From an uncultured Gemmatimonadales bacterium (GTDB lineage: Bacteria > Gemmatimonadota > Gemmatimonadetes > Longimicrobiales > RSA9), in NCBI GenBank assembly GCA_963816355.1, contig CAWFKH010000005.1, positions 96,001 to 160,000 of the forward strand: DNA of 64,000 nt. The letters are read 5' to 3'. Below are positions 1 to 10,391 of this stretch, piece by piece. A program made the position numbers and the translations under genes. Each line of letters begins with the position of its first letter. Position 1 is the stretch's first letter. The notes beneath the pieces were generated by a model. The model was not told the DNA's origin. It made no database searches and was given only the letters and a program-made list of their open reading frames with translations.

Positions 1-170
1 CCGGAGGGGCCATCGGCGGTCTGCTCTCTGTTGCACTTTCCGTCGCCTCGCGACGCCCGGCCGTTAGCCGGCACCCTGCCCTGCGGAGCTCGGACTTTCC
101 TCGGCCGCGGAACGCGTGACGCCGGTCTCCCGACGCCGCCGTCCACGGCCGCGATCCACACTCGCTTCCC
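1..170 (-). ncRNA. rnpB: RNase P RNA (class A), 5' portion; runs off the window start
   Basis: Minus strand reads GAGGAAAGTCCGAGCTCC-GCAGGGCAGGGTGCCGGCTAACGGCCGGG...ACGGAAAGTGCAACAGAGAGCAGACCGCC, the conserved 5' core of bacterial RNase P RNA; 5' end approximate. Confidence 0.93.
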
Positions 171-257
171 CGTCCTTGTCAAACAGCCGCGCCTTAACCG
201 CCGCCGACGCTGCGTTTGAAACGAGACCCGCCACGGCGCTGCGCGCCGGACGGCCGA

Positions 258-331
258 TGCGCCCGGGAGGAGTCGAACCCCCAGCCTTTGGATCCGTAGT
301 CCAACGCTCTATCCAATTGAGCTACGGGCGC
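258..331 (-). tRNA. tRNA-Arg (anticodon ACG), CCA not encoded
   Basis: Reverse complement GCGCCCGTAGCTCAATTGGATAGAGCGTTGGACTACGGATCCAAAGGCTGGGGGTTCGACTCCTCCCGGGCGCA folds as a cloverleaf; anticodon arm TTGGA-CT-ACG-GA-TCCAA. Confidence 0.97.
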
Positions 332-492
332 TCGCCGCTCGGGGAGGTACCCCCCAACGGACCGTCCGCGGAGCCGGATCGACCCCGCGGACGGAGCATT
401 GAATGCTAGCGGCCCCGGCCGATCGGGTCAACCGTGCAGGGCCGCTCCGCCCGGGGCGATTCCGCGTCCGGACACGGGCGGCACGCCGGATC

Positions 493-909
493 TCATTTCG
501 GTTCCGAGATCTTCTCCACGGTCGCCTCCACGGCTCCCTCGTCCCGCACCTGCCGCGCCAGATCCGCCTGCGCCACGATGCCGACGACGCGCTCGTCGTC
601 CACGACCGGCACGCGCCGCACCCGCTCCGCCCGCATCACCTCCATCGCCCGGTCCACGTCGTCGTCGGAGCGCACCGTGCGCGTCTGCCGCGTCATGTGC
701 TCCGCGACGGTGCAGCTCCCATCGTGGCCCTCCGCCACGCAGCGCACCGCGATGTCGCGATCCGTGATGATCCCCGACAGGTGCTTCTCGCGGTCGATCA
801 CCGGCACCGCGCCAAAATCGCCGTCGCGCATCACGCGCGCCGCATCCTTCACCGTATCCTCCGGGCGGACGGAGCGCGGATCCCCGGTCATGATGTCGCG
901 GACTCGCAT
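493..909 (-). CDS. CBS domain-containing protein
   Basis: MRVRDIMT...AARVMRDGDFGAVPV...GIITDRDI, tandem CBS pair; AAGGAGG RBS before ATG at 909. Confidence 0.9.
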   Translation of the reverse strand: MRVRDIMTGDPRSVRPEDTVKDAARVMRDGDFGAVPVIDREKHLSGIITDRDIAVRCVAEGHDGSCTVAEHMTRQTRTVRSDDDVDRAMEVMRAERVRRVPVVDDERVVGIVAQADLARQVRDEGAVEATVEKISEPK

Positions 910-1183
910 GGCGTGCCTCCTTCGTAACGAGTTGTTCGTGGCCGACTTGGGGAACTGGAGGACCTGCAACGGCCATGCCCGCTCCTCGCTCGAAAAACGA
1001 CTCTCTCGCGGAGGGGCGGCGCGACGCGACGCCCGCTCGGCGCCGCGCGAGAGCGCCCGTTCCTGGTCGCGCTCGCCGCCGAAACGCCGCGCGCCAGAGT
1101 CGTCCCACCTGGCCGTTCCAACGCCGGACGCCGACTCGCTGGCGCTTCGTCCGGCTCCGAGGGCGCTTCGGACTTCGATCCGC

Positions 1184-1395
1184 TTCACGCGGAGGTCGCG
1201 GTGGACGCGGAGGAACGACCTGGTTGGTGCGTCGCGCGTACCGAGCGCCGACGCGGCCGCGGCCCGCCGGCCGCCCGACCTGCGACGAACCAAACAGAAC
1301 AACTAGGAAGCCGGCCTGGCGCCGAACCTCGCTCACCGCTCGGCCTCCCGCGCAGCCAGTGATCTCCTCCGCGCCCCCCGCGCCCTCCGCGTGAA
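1184..1395. repeat. Inverted-repeat (REP/MITE-like) element built from CGCGGAGG units
   Basis: TTCACGCGGAGGTCGCGGTGGACGCGGAGGA (1184-1214) is an imperfect inverted repeat of TCCTCCGCGCCCCCCGCGCCCTCCGCGTGAA (1365-1395); a similar arm occurs near 56170-56200. Confidence 0.55.
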
Positions 1396-1443
1396 ACCAT
1401 CCGTAGCGGCCGCGACGAAGGCCGCGTCGTGGTCTCGGGTGCG

Positions 1444-1783
1444 TGAGTCGACCTCCTTGCACGAGGTGGAGCGCATGGCGGACCACGTGGGCGCGCTGCG
1501 GGATGGCGTGCTGGAGGCCCAGCTACCCGCGGAGGAGCTGCGACGGCGGCTGCGGCGTTACCGTGCTCAGGTCCCGGCGGAGTGGGCGGGGGTGCCGGAT
1601 CTCAACGGGGCGGTGCTGCGGAGTCATCGCGCGGGCGCGGAAATCGAGTGGACGGTGTGGGGCGAGGAGGCGGAGGTGACGGAGCGGCTTCGGTCGGCGG
1701 GAGCCACGGTGCGCGACGCGGCGAAGCTCTCGCTGGACGAGGCGACGATCGTGCTGCTGTCGAGCAAGGAGGCGGGATCATGA
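1444..1783 (+). pseudogene. C-terminal fragment of an ABC transporter ATP-binding protein
   Basis: STSLHEVERMADHVGALRDG resembles the H-loop/C-terminal region of ABC-2 ATPases; no Walker A/B or signature motif upstream; overlaps the permease start (ATGA). Confidence 0.65.
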
Positions 1784-2640
1784 ATGCGACGATGGCCAGG
1801 CCGGCGAAGCCGGCCGCGGTGGCGGAAGCGCAGCTGTGCGCGGCGGGCCTCGCGGTGCGCCCGGCGCTGCTGGTGGGAGGGGGGATCGTGGTGGCCGTGA
1901 CGCTCATCAGCCTGTTGCAGGTGATGGGGATCGGCGCCGCCCGGGCGCATCGGGGCAGTTTCAGTTTCGCGCCCGTGGACACATGGCCGCTCGTGCTCGT
2001 GGGGCTGTTCTTTCCGCTCGCGGTATGGCGGGGCGACGGCCCGTCGAGCCGGGACTATCACCGTTCGATGCCGGTGGGGGAGAGGTTCCACTCGCTCACG
2101 CGCGTGATTGCGGGGTGGGTGTGGCTGATGGCCGCCCTGGCCGGCTTCATCCTGTGGGGTTGGATGCTGAACCGCCTGGCGGGCGGAGCGTTCGGTGTGG
2201 AGAGGGCGGTGCAGATCACCACCAGCGGCGGCGTGCGCGTCCGGTCGGAGGTCGTGACGCCGTTCCCTCTGTGGACATGGCTGATTCCGTTCGTCCACGC
2301 AACGGTGGCCTACCTCCTCGGCTCGCTCGTGGCGCTCCGAGCCGACCGGCCCTGGATGGTCTTCGGCGGCATCATCCTCTCGTACGGGCTCCTCGTCTCC
2401 CTCCTGCAAGCGGTCGGAGCGCAGACGCTGGGCAACGCGCTCGGCAGCATCTGGAGCGGGCGCTACGGCCTGCGCGCGGCGCTCGCCTTCCCGCGGCAGG
2501 GCCCGGGACTCGCCCTCTTCCCGGCCCGGCAGTGGACGGCGGGCGACACGTTCACCTGGCTCGCCGCCGCCGTCGCGTGGGGCGGCGCCGCGGTGGTGGC
2601 AGTCGCCGCCAGCCTGCGCCCAGGCGAGCCAGGCAACTGA
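1780..2640 (+). CDS. ABC-2-type permease-like membrane protein
   Basis: Multiple hydrophobic segments; AAGGAGG RBS; coupled to the ABC ATPase fragment. Confidence 0.65.
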   Translation: MNATMARPAKPAAVAEAQLCAAGLAVRPALLVGGGIVVAVTLISLLQVMGIGAARAHRGSFSFAPVDTWPLVLVGLFFPLAVWRGDGPSSRDYHRSMPVGERFHSLTRVIAGWVWLMAALAGFILWGWMLNRLAGGAFGVERAVQITTSGGVRVRSEVVTPFPLWTWLIPFVHATVAYLLGSLVALRADRPWMVFGGIILSYGLLVSLLQAVGAQTLGNALGSIWSGRYGLRAALAFPRQGPGLALFPARQWTAGDTFTWLAAAVAWGGAAVVAVAASLRPGEPGN

Positions 2641-2780
2641 CCGCGCCCGGACGCCCGCCGCCAGCAACAAGCCCCGCCCCGCGGTCCGAGGCCCCCAGAC
2701 CCCCGTACCCCAGACCCCCCGCAGACCCCCTCCGCAGACCCCAGACCGGTCCGGGGTCCACCCACGCCTTCGCCTCACCC

Positions 2781-3962
2781 CTAAAACGCCGCGAACCCCG
2801 TCACATCCTGCCCCAGAATCAACCCATGTATGTCATGGGTGCCCTCGTACGTATAGACCGACTCCAGATTCGCCATGTGCCGCATCGCGCCGTACTCGAC
2901 CAGGATCCCGTTGGCGCCGAGCAGCCGGCGCGCCTCGCGCGCGACGTCGCACGCCATGGAGACGTTGGCGCGCTTGGCGAGGGAGACCTGCTGCGGCCGC
3001 AGCCGGCCCTGGTCCTTGAGCCGGCCGAGCTGCAGCGAGAGCAGTTGCCCCTGGGTGATCGCCGTGAGCATGTCGGCGAGGCGGGTCTGCTGGATCTGCG
3101 TCGCGGCGATCGGCTTGCCGTCGAACTGGATGCGTTCCCTCGCGTAGGCGCGCGCCTCGTCGAAGCACGCCATGGCGGCACCGACGGCGCCCCACGCGAT
3201 GCCGTAGCGCGCCTGGGTCAGGCACATCAGCGGGCTCTTCAGTCCGCCGGACCCCGGCAGCAGCGCGCTCTCCGGCAGGCGCACATCCTGGAGCACGAGC
3301 TCGCTGGTGTCGGAGGCGAGGAGCGAAAGCTTCCCCTTCTGGTCGCGGGCGCTGAAGCCGGGTGTATCGGTGGGGACGACGAAGCCGCGGATCGAGCCGG
3401 CGTCGTCGTAGTCGCCGGTCTTCGCCCACACGATCGCGATGTCCGCCATCGAGCCGTTGGTGATCCACATCTTGGCGCCGTTCAGGATCCACGCATCGCC
3501 TTCCTTGCGGGCCATGGTGCGCATGCCGCCGGGGTTGGATCCGAAGTCCGGCTCCGTGAGGCCGAAGCAGCCGATCACCTCGCCCGCGGCCATGCGGGGC
3601 AGCCACTCGCGCTTCTGTTCCTCGCTGCCGAACGCGTGGATCGGGTACATGCAGAGCGCGCCCTGGACCGAAGCGAAAGAGCGGATGCCGGAGTCGCCCC
3701 GCTCCAGCTCCTGCATGATGAGCCCGTAGGCGACGTTGTTCAGTCCCGCGCAGCCGTACTCCTCGGGCAGGTTCGCGCCGAGGAAGCCGAGCTCCGCCAT
3801 CTGCGGGATCAGCTCCTTCGGGAAGCGACGCCCGATGTAGGCCTCCTCGATGACGGGCATGAGGTTGTCGTCGACCCATTCGCGAACGGTGTCGCGGACC
3901 AGCCGCTCCTCTTCAGCGAGGAGCGAGTCGACGTCGAAGTAGTCGATTCCCTGGAATGCCAT
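2781..3962 (-). CDS. Acyl-CoA dehydrogenase (glutaryl-CoA dehydrogenase-like)
   Basis: GCFGLTEPDFGSNP, LNGAKMWITNG, LESVYTYEGTHDIH motifs. Confidence 0.92.
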   Translation of the reverse strand: MAFQGIDYFDVDSLLAEEERLVRDTVREWVDDNLMPVIEEAYIGRRFPKELIPQMAELGFLGANLPEEYGCAGLNNVAYGLIMQELERGDSGIRSFASVQGALCMYPIHAFGSEEQKREWLPRMAAGEVIGCFGLTEPDFGSNPGGMRTMARKEGDAWILNGAKMWITNGSMADIAIVWAKTGDYDDAGSIRGFVVPTDTPGFSARDQKGKLSLLASDTSELVLQDVRLPESALLPGSGGLKSPLMCLTQARYGIAWGAVGAAMACFDEARAYARERIQFDGKPIAATQIQQTRLADMLTAITQGQLLSLQLGRLKDQGRLRPQQVSLAKRANVSMACDVAREARRLLGANGILVEYGAMRHMANLESVYTYEGTHDIHGLILGQDVTGFAAF

Positions 3963-4068
3963 GGTGTCCGTCTCTGCTGGGTGTATGGGATCGTGGGCGC
4001 GGGCGCCGGCGGCGCGGCGGCGCCGTCACCGTCGCGGCGGCGTCCCGCCCGCTGCCCGTGTCGCCGCT

Positions 4069-5088
4069 TCAGCGCAGGCGCGCGATTATGGCGTCCGCGA
4101 ACGCCTGCGTGCCGGCGGTGCCGCCGAGGTCCGGCGTGAGCGTCTCGCGGGCGCGGAGCACGGCGCCGAGCGCGGCGCGGATGCGGGCGGCGGCGGCGGC
4201 GTCCGCCCGGATGTGATCGAGCAGCATGCAGGCGGCGAGGATCTGCGCGCTCGGGTTGGCGACGCCCTTGCCGGCGAGGTCGGGGGCGGAGCCGTGGACC
4301 GGCTCGTAGATCGCCGCGTCGCGGCCGATGTTGCCGCCCGGCGCGAGGCCGAGGCCACCGACGAGGCCGGCCATCTCGTCGCTCAGGATGTCGCCGAACA
4401 TGTTCTCCATGACGAGCACGTCGAAGGCGTACGGATCGAGGACGAGCTGCATCGCGGTCGCGTCGATGATGCGGTCCTCGAAGGCGACGCGCCCGTCATA
4501 CTCCTTGGCGATCGCGCGGCCGATGTCGAGGAAGAGGCCCTGCGTGTACTTCAGGATGTTCGCCTTGTGCGCCAGCGTCACCTTGCGACGGCCGTGGCGC
4601 ACGGCGTACTCGAACGCGTAGCGGATGATGCGCTCGGAGCCGAAGCGGGTGATGATCATGACGGACTCGGCCGCCGCGCGCGGGTCGTCGCCCATGCCGA
4701 TGTAGTGTTCGACGCCGACGTAGAGGCCCTCGGTGTTCTCGCGGATCAGGACGAGGTCGATGTCCTCGTAGCGCGAGCCGGGCAGCAGCGTGAGCGCGGG
4801 CCGCACGTTGGCGTACAGGTCGAACTCCTTGCGCAGCGCGACGTTGATGGAGCGGAAGCCGACACCGCTCGGCGTGGTGAGCGGCCCCTTCAGGGCGACG
4901 CGCGTGCGGCGGATCGAGGCGATCGTCTCGTCCGGCAGCGGTGCGTTGCGCTGCTCGAGGGCGGCGACACCGGCGAGCTGGCGGTCCCATTCGATGTCGG
5001 CTCCGGCCGCGTCCAGCACGCGCACCGTCGCGTCCGTGATCGAGGGTCCGATGCCATCGCCGGGTATGAGCGTCACCTCCGTCGCCAT
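4069..5088 (-). CDS. Isocitrate/isopropylmalate dehydrogenase family protein (probable NAD-dependent IDH)
   Basis: IPGDGIGP, IRENTEGLY, HKANILK, NMFGDILSD, EPVHGSAPD motifs. Confidence 0.9.
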   Translation of the reverse strand: MATEVTLIPGDGIGPSITDATVRVLDAAGADIEWDRQLAGVAALEQRNAPLPDETIASIRRTRVALKGPLTTPSGVGFRSINVALRKEFDLYANVRPALTLLPGSRYEDIDLVLIRENTEGLYVGVEHYIGMGDDPRAAAESVMIITRFGSERIIRYAFEYAVRHGRRKVTLAHKANILKYTQGLFLDIGRAIAKEYDGRVAFEDRIIDATAMQLVLDPYAFDVLVMENMFGDILSDEMAGLVGGLGLAPGGNIGRDAAIYEPVHGSAPDLAGKGVANPSAQILAACMLLDHIRADAAAAARIRAALGAVLRARETLTPDLGGTAGTQAFADAIIARLR

Positions 5089-5110
5089 CTTCTTCTCCTG
5101 CCCGCCCCGC

Positions 5111-5623
5111 TCAGCGGGGCACGAACTTGGGGTTGTACGAATAGGAGGTGTGCCGCTCCCCCCACTTGACGAGATCGTCGAGCCGCGCCGGGTCCTTCGT
5201 CCCCTCCTGCAGCGCGTGTCCGAGGATGTTCAGGCTGCGACGCCACAGGATGTCGCTCATCGTGTCCCGCGGCAGCAGCGCCCGCGCGATCTCGGCGCCG
5301 CCGGGCCCGACCGTCACCACGCGCACGCCGCCGACGTCCGGGTAGTCGGTGAAGAGCTGCCGCGTCGACGGCGTGAAGAGATAGACGTACGGCCCCACCT
5401 GCGCCCACAGCGAGCCGCCGCGCCGCAGCTCCCCCGTCGGCTGCCGGATCCAGTACTGCACGACGTTGCCGCTGAGGGCGACGCTGTCGACGCCGGCGTT
5501 GCGCGCGAAGAGCGCACGCGCCTGCTCGGGCGTGGGCAAGCGCGGCGCGCGTGGCGACCGGTGGCACGCCGGAAGGAGGAGCGTGAGCAGGAGCACGAGC
5601 AGGAGCGTCGCCGGTCTTCTCAT
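5111..5623 (-). CDS. Hypothetical lipoprotein
   Basis: Hydrophobic signal with LPAC lipobox; packed in the operon. Confidence 0.7.
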   Translation of the reverse strand: MRRPATLLLVLLLTLLLPACHRSPRAPRLPTPEQARALFARNAGVDSVALSGNVVQYWIRQPTGELRRGGSLWAQVGPYVYLFTPSTRQLFTDYPDVGGVRVVTVGPGGAEIARALLPRDTMSDILWRRSLNILGHALQEGTKDPARLDDLVKWGERHTSYSYNPKFVPR

Positions 5624-6255
5624 CGAGCCACCGCTTTCGCGAGGGCGCGCGCCGCGGACGCGACCACGCGCGCGTCACCCGCGGGGCCGCGGTCGCCCCC
5701 CACCACGCCGTACCAGAGCACATCGCCGCCGAACGTGTCGATCAGCGCCGCGGCGATTTCGACGCGCCCCGCGCTCGCACCCCCCGGGCCGGGCACGTAG
5801 GCGGCCGCCACGGGAAGCAGCGCGTAGCGCGCGTCCACGACCGCGCCGAGCCGGCGCAGGTCGCCGAACAGCGGATCGCCGATGCGCTCGACGCGGCCGC
5901 GTCGGAAGCTGGCGACGGCGAGCGCGTCGAGCCGGACGTCGGAGAGCGCCGGCGAGGCGGCGAGGGCGCGCCGCAGGCGGTCGGGGAAGACGAAGGCGAT
6001 GCGGGAGCCGGACTGCGCGAGCCAGTAGCGGATCTCGTCGTCGATGCGCGGCGGCCTCGCCGCGGCGCCGCTCTGCGCCGGCAGGACCATCACGCCGTGG
6101 CCCCCGAGGTCGGGGGCCGGCTGCGACGGCGTCTCGGGGGTCGGAGCGGCGCGGGAAGCGCACGCGGTCGCGGTCCCGGCGAGCGCGCAGAGGAGCGCGG
6201 CGGGCGGCGCCAGGCGGCGGAGCGGCGCGCGTACGGAGGGTCGGCGGATCGGCAC
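5620..6255 (-). CDS. Hypothetical lipoprotein
   Basis: GTG start inferred; signal peptide ending ATAC; 4-nt overlap with the next gene. Confidence 0.6.
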   Translation of the reverse strand: MPIRRPSVRAPLRRLAPPAALLCALAGTATACASRAAPTPETPSQPAPDLGGHGVMVLPAQSGAAARPPRIDDEIRYWLAQSGSRIAFVFPDRLRRALAASPALSDVRLDALAVASFRRGRVERIGDPLFGDLRRLGAVVDARYALLPVAAAYVPGPGGASAGRVEIAAALIDTFGGDVLWYGVVGGDRGPAGDARVVASAARALAKAVAR

Positions 6256-6266
6256 GGCGCGCCGGC

Positions 6267-7145
6267 TCAGAGCAGGTATCCGCCGTCGACCGGCACGACG
6301 GCGCCGGTGACGTGGCGAGCCAGCTCCGAGCAGAGGAAGACGACGATGTGCGCGACGTCCTGGGGGTCGCCGAGCCGGCGTAGCGCGGCACGTTCGCGCG
6401 CGCCATCGAGCACGTCGGCGGGGACGCCCTCGGTGAGGCGTGTGGTCCGGATGTAGCCCGGAGCGACCGCGTTGACGTTCACGTTGGCGGGGCCGAGCTC
6501 GATCGCCGCGGATCGCGTGAGCGCGAGGAGACCCGCCTTCGATGCGGCGTAGTTGGCCAGGCCGAACTCGCTCCGGATTCCGTGCACCGAGCTGACGTTC
6601 ACGATCTTCCCGTATTGCTGCGCGCGCAGCGTGGGCGACACGGCGCGGATCATGTTGAACGCACCCGTCAGGTTCGTGTCGATCACGTCGCGCCACTGCT
6701 CGTCGCTCATGCGCCAGATCGCCCGGTCGCGGGCGATGCCGGCGTTGTTCACCAGGATCTGCAGGCCGCCGAGCCGCTCCGCCGCCTGTTCGACGAACTC
6801 CGTGACCGCGTCGGCGTCGCGCACGTCGCACGCGGCGCAGTGCACGTTCACCTCGAGCATGCGCAGCTCGGCGGCGGTTCGCTCCGCCTCCTCCGCCATG
6901 CCGCCGTCGCCATCGTCGTAATAGTTGAACGCAATGTCGACGCCGTGGGAGGCGAGGTCGAGCGTCACGGCGCGGCCGATGCCGGTCGCGCCGCCGGTCA
7001 CGATGGCGCGGCGTCCCCGCAGGCCGCTGAAGACCGGCTCCGGGTCCGGCTGTTCGGCGACCTCCTCGAGCAGCCGCGCCACGGCCGCGCCCGCCGGCTC
7101 GCGGGCGAGAGAAGGGACCATGGGCTCCTCACCGCGAACGCTCAC
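6267..7145 (-). CDS. SDR oxidoreductase (FabG-like)
   Basis: TGGATGIG, NNAGI, YAASK, VNAVAPG motifs; start may be 7121. Confidence 0.9.
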   Translation of the reverse strand: MSVRGEEPMVPSLAREPAGAAVARLLEEVAEQPDPEPVFSGLRGRRAIVTGGATGIGRAVTLDLASHGVDIAFNYYDDGDGGMAEEAERTAAELRMLEVNVHCAACDVRDADAVTEFVEQAAERLGGLQILVNNAGIARDRAIWRMSDEQWRDVIDTNLTGAFNMIRAVSPTLRAQQYGKIVNVSSVHGIRSEFGLANYAASKAGLLALTRSAAIELGPANVNVNAVAPGYIRTTRLTEGVPADVLDGARERAALRRLGDPQDVAHIVVFLCSELARHVTGAVVPVDGGYLL

Positions 7146-7268
7146 CCGCCTCCTGTCCGCTGCGACGGCGCAATCCGGCCGACGCCGCGGGCGGCGCCGC
7201 CGGTGTCAGCCGGCACATTGTACGCGCCGCCCCCGACGCGCAGCAAGCGGCGGGCCCGGCCCCGTGGC

Positions 7269-7952
7269 TCAGGGCGCGGGTGGCGCCTCGCGCCGCTCGG
7301 CGTGGTGCTTGATGTTGCGGCCCTCCACCATGTAGACGACGTCCTCCGCGACGTTCGTGGCGAGGTCGGCGATGCGCTCGAGGTTGCGCGACACGAGGAG
7401 CATGTCCATGCCGGCCGAGATGCGGCGCGGCTCCGACATCATGTGGGTGAGGAGAATGCGGAAGACGTTCTCGTGGAGGCGGTCGACGCGGTCGTCGCGG
7501 CGGACGATGTCGCGCCCGAGCGCGCTGTCGCCGCGGACGTAGGCATCGAGCGCGTCGTTGAGCATGCGGCTCACGAGGCGGACCATCTCCTCGATCTCCG
7601 GCAACGAGGTGAGCGGCGCCTCCTTCAGGATGTACTTCACGTTCTCGGCGATGTTGACGGCGTGGTCGCCCACCCGTTCGAGATCGTTGGAGATGCGCAT
7701 CGCCATGGTGATGAAGCGGAGGTCGCGCGCCATCGGCTGCTGCAGCGCGAGGAGATGGATCGCCAGCTCGTCGATCTCGAGCTCGAGATCGTCGATCTCG
7801 CGGTCGCGCCGGATCACCTCCTCGGCGCGCGCCTCGTCGCGCTGGAGCAGCGCCGCGACGGCGCCCTGCACCGCCGCTTCCGCGAGGCCGGCCATGGCGA
7901 CGAGGCGCGCCTTGAGCCGATCGAGCTCCTCCTGGAAGTGCCGCTGGCTCAT
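7269..7952 (-). CDS. phoU: Phosphate signalling protein PhoU
   Basis: [33 protein letters not shown] repeats. Confidence 0.95.
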   Translation of the reverse strand: MSQRHFQEELDRLKARLVAMAGLAEAAVQGAVAALLQRDEARAEEVIRRDREIDDLELEIDELAIHLLALQQPMARDLRFITMAMRISNDLERVGDHAVNIAENVKYILKEAPLTSLPEIEEMVRLVSRMLNDALDAYVRGDSALGRDIVRRDDRVDRLHENVFRILLTHMMSEPRRISAGMDMLLVSRNLERIADLATNVAEDVVYMVEGRNIKHHAERREAPPAP

Positions 7953-8797
7953 CCGAACCTCCCCGTGATGTACGCTTCGGTCCGGGCCTCGCGCGGATTG
8001 GTGAAGAGGTCGTCGGTCGCGCCGTATTCGACGAGCTCGCCCAGGTAGAGGAACGCCGTGAGGTCCGAGACGCGCGCCGCCTGCTGCATGTTGTGCGTCA
8101 CGATCACCACCGTGTAGTCCTGCTTCAGCTCGTAGATCGTCTGCTCGATCTTCTGCGTCGCGATCGGGTCCAGCGCGGACGCCGGCTCGTCCATCAGCAG
8201 CACCTCCGGCTCGACCGCCAGCGCGCGCGCGATGCAGAGCCGCTGCTGCTGCCCGCCGGAGAGCGAGAGCGCGCTCGCCTCCATGCGGTCGCGCACTTCA
8301 TCCCACAGCGCCGCGCGCCGCAGCGCGTCCTCGACCACCGCGTCCAGCCGCCCCGCGTAGCCGTTCAGCCGCGGGCCGAACGCGACGTTGTCGAAGATCG
8401 TCTTCGGAAACGGGTTCGGCTTCTGGAACACCATGCCGATGCGGCGCCGCACCTCGACCGGATCGACGCTCGGATCGTAGAGGTCGACGCCGCGGAACAC
8501 GACGCTCCCCTCCACGCGGGCGCCGGGGACGAGGTCGTTCATCCGGTTGAGCGCGCGCAGCAGCGTGCTCTTGCCGCACCCGGACGGGCCGATGAAGGCG
8601 ACGACGCGGTTCGCCGGGATCGCGATCGCGACCCGCTTCACCGCTTCCATGCGGCCGTAGTAGACGCTCAGGTCGCGTGTCTCGAGGATGGGGGCGTCGA
8701 CCACCGCGGCGCCGCACTCCGCCTCCACGCCGTCGTCGGGCCGCACTCCGATCTCGCTCATGCCGGAATGTAACATCGCGCCGCGCTCAGCCGACAT
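7949..8797 (-). CDS. pstB: Phosphate ABC transporter ATP-binding protein PstB
   Basis: [45 protein letters not shown]; start uncertain (8797 or 8776). Confidence 0.95.
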   Translation of the reverse strand: MSAERGAMLHSGMSEIGVRPDDGVEAECGAAVVDAPILETRDLSVYYGRMEAVKRVAIAIPANRVVAFIGPSGCGKSTLLRALNRMNDLVPGARVEGSVVFRGVDLYDPSVDPVEVRRRIGMVFQKPNPFPKTIFDNVAFGPRLNGYAGRLDAVVEDALRRAALWDEVRDRMEASALSLSGGQQQRLCIARALAVEPEVLLMDEPASALDPIATQKIEQTIYELKQDYTVVIVTHNMQQAARVSDLTAFLYLGELVEYGATDDLFTNPREARTEAYITGRFG

Positions 8798-10391
8798 CGC
8801 CGGCTTCGCGCATCGCCGCGTCCGCTCCGCCGTCGCCGGGCGCGGACGCGGCGGGGAGCACGAAGCGGACGACGGTGCCACGGCCCAGCTCGCTCTCGGC
8901 GTCGACGGTGCCGCCCATGCTCTCCACGAGATGACGCACGATCGAGAGGCCGAGGCCGGTCCCGCCCTCCTCGCGCGAGCGCGCGGGATCGACGCGGTAG
9001 AAGCGCTCGAAGATGCGGCCGACCGCGTCGCGCGGAATCCCCGAGCCGGTGTCCTCGACCTCGATCGCGACGCGCCCGGCCGGCGCCACGACCGCGGGCG
9101 CCTGCGGGGAAGGCCGGCGGAGCAGCTCCGGCGCGCGCGGCCGGGGAGCGACGGCGCCGTCGTCGCCCGCGAGACGCCGGCTACGCACCAAGATCGAGCC
9201 GCCGGGCGGCGTGTGGCGCAACGCGTTGTCGAAGAGGTTGGACAGGATCTGGTGCAGCGCGCCCTCGTCGCCGAGCACGTGCACGTCCGGCGCGACCGCG
9301 GCGCGGAAGGCGACGCCGCGCTCGGCCGCCCGCCCTTCGAGGGCGCGCCACGCCGCGGCGGCGACCGGCGCGAGCGCGACGGCGGCGAGCCGCGGCGTCC
9401 AGCGTCCCGACTCGAGGCGGGAAAGATCCAGCAGGTCGTCGACGATGCGCTGCAGGCGCGCCGCGTTCGCGTGGATCGTGGAGAGGAAGCGGCGCCGCGC
9501 GTCGGCGGGGACGTCGTCGTCGAGCAACGTCTCGGCGTAGCCGCGGATGGAGGTGAGCGGCGTCTTCAGCTCGTGGCTCGCGTTGGCGACGAAGTCGCGC
9601 CGCACCGTCTCCAGGCGCCGCATCTCCGTCAGGTCCACCAGCGTGAGGACGACGCCGCCCGCGAGGCTCGCGGCCGCCGCCGGCTCGGCGACCGGCTCGA
9701 CGGCGACGAAGAGGCTGCGCTCGTCGATGGCGATCTCCTCCGCCGCGGCAGCGCCCTCGCTCAGGGTCCGCGCGACGAGCCGCCGCAGGGCGGGACTGCG
9801 CACGACCGCCTCGTACGGCTGGCCAGTCGCGTCGTGGGGCAGGCGGAGCAGGTGCTCCGCGGCGGGATTCGCCCGCACCACCCGCCCCGCGGAGTTCACC
9901 TGCGCGATCCCCTCGCCGACGGCGTCGAGGAGCAGGCGAAGCTCGTCCCTCTCCGCGCGCAGCCGGTCGATTCGGCGCTGGAGGCGCCCGCCGGCCCGCT
10001 CGGCCGCCGCCGCGAGGGCGTCGATCTCGACCACCTTCGCGGCGTGCCCCGCCGCGGGCCGCTCGGGCAACCGGTCGATCGACTCGCGCAGCCGCGCCAG
10101 CGGACCGGCGAGCCAGCCGCTCACGCGGCCGGCGGCGATGAGCGAGAGGAGCAGCGCGATTCCGCCGGTCCACAGCACGCCCGCGCGCGTATTGTCGACG
10201 AGCGCGCGGGCCTCGGCGGCGCTCAGTCCCGGCACCGCGTGCGTGACGACGTGGGGCAGGAGGAGGTAGGCGAGGACCGTCACGATGACGACGGCGCAGG
10301 ACGCGGCCGCCGCGAAGAGGAGCCGCAGCCGGATGCGCACGCTCAGACGCCCCGGCGGCCGCGCAGCGCGTACGTCAGAGGCCGCTCTCAC
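8787..10391 (-). CDS. phoR: Sensor histidine kinase PhoR-like
   Basis: Two TM segments, [16 protein letters not shown]-box, [19 protein letters not shown]; lies between phoB and pstB. Confidence 0.88.
   Translation of the reverse strand: MRAASDVRAARPPGRLSVRIRLRLLFAAAASCAVVIVTVLAYLLLPHVVTHAVPGLSAAEARALVDNTRAGVLWTGGIALLLSLIAAGRVSGWLAGPLARLRESIDRLPERPAAGHAAKVVEIDALAAAAERAGGRLQRRIDRLRAERDELRLLLDAVGEGIAQVNSAGRVVRANPAAEHLLRLPHDATGQPYEAVVRSPALRRLVARTLSEGAAAAEEIAIDERSLFVAVEPVAEPAAAASLAGGVVLTLVDLTEMRRLETVRRDFVANASHELKTPLTSIRGYAETLLDDDVPADARRRFLSTIHANAARLQRIVDDLLDLSRLESGRWTPRLAAVALAPVAAAAWRALEGRAAERGVAFRAAVAPDVHVLGDEGALHQILSNLFDNALRHTPPGGSILVRSRRLAGDDGAVAPRPRAPELLRRPSPQAPAVVAPAGRVAIEVEDTGSGIPRDAVGRIFERFYRVDPARSREEGGTGLGLSIVRHLVESMGGTVDAESELGRGTVVRFVLPAASAPGDGGADAAMREAGDVG

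Noticed and set aside
258..331. tRNA-Arg as the integration site of the island
   Set aside because: It lies 33 kb from the island and I saw no duplicated tRNA 3' end
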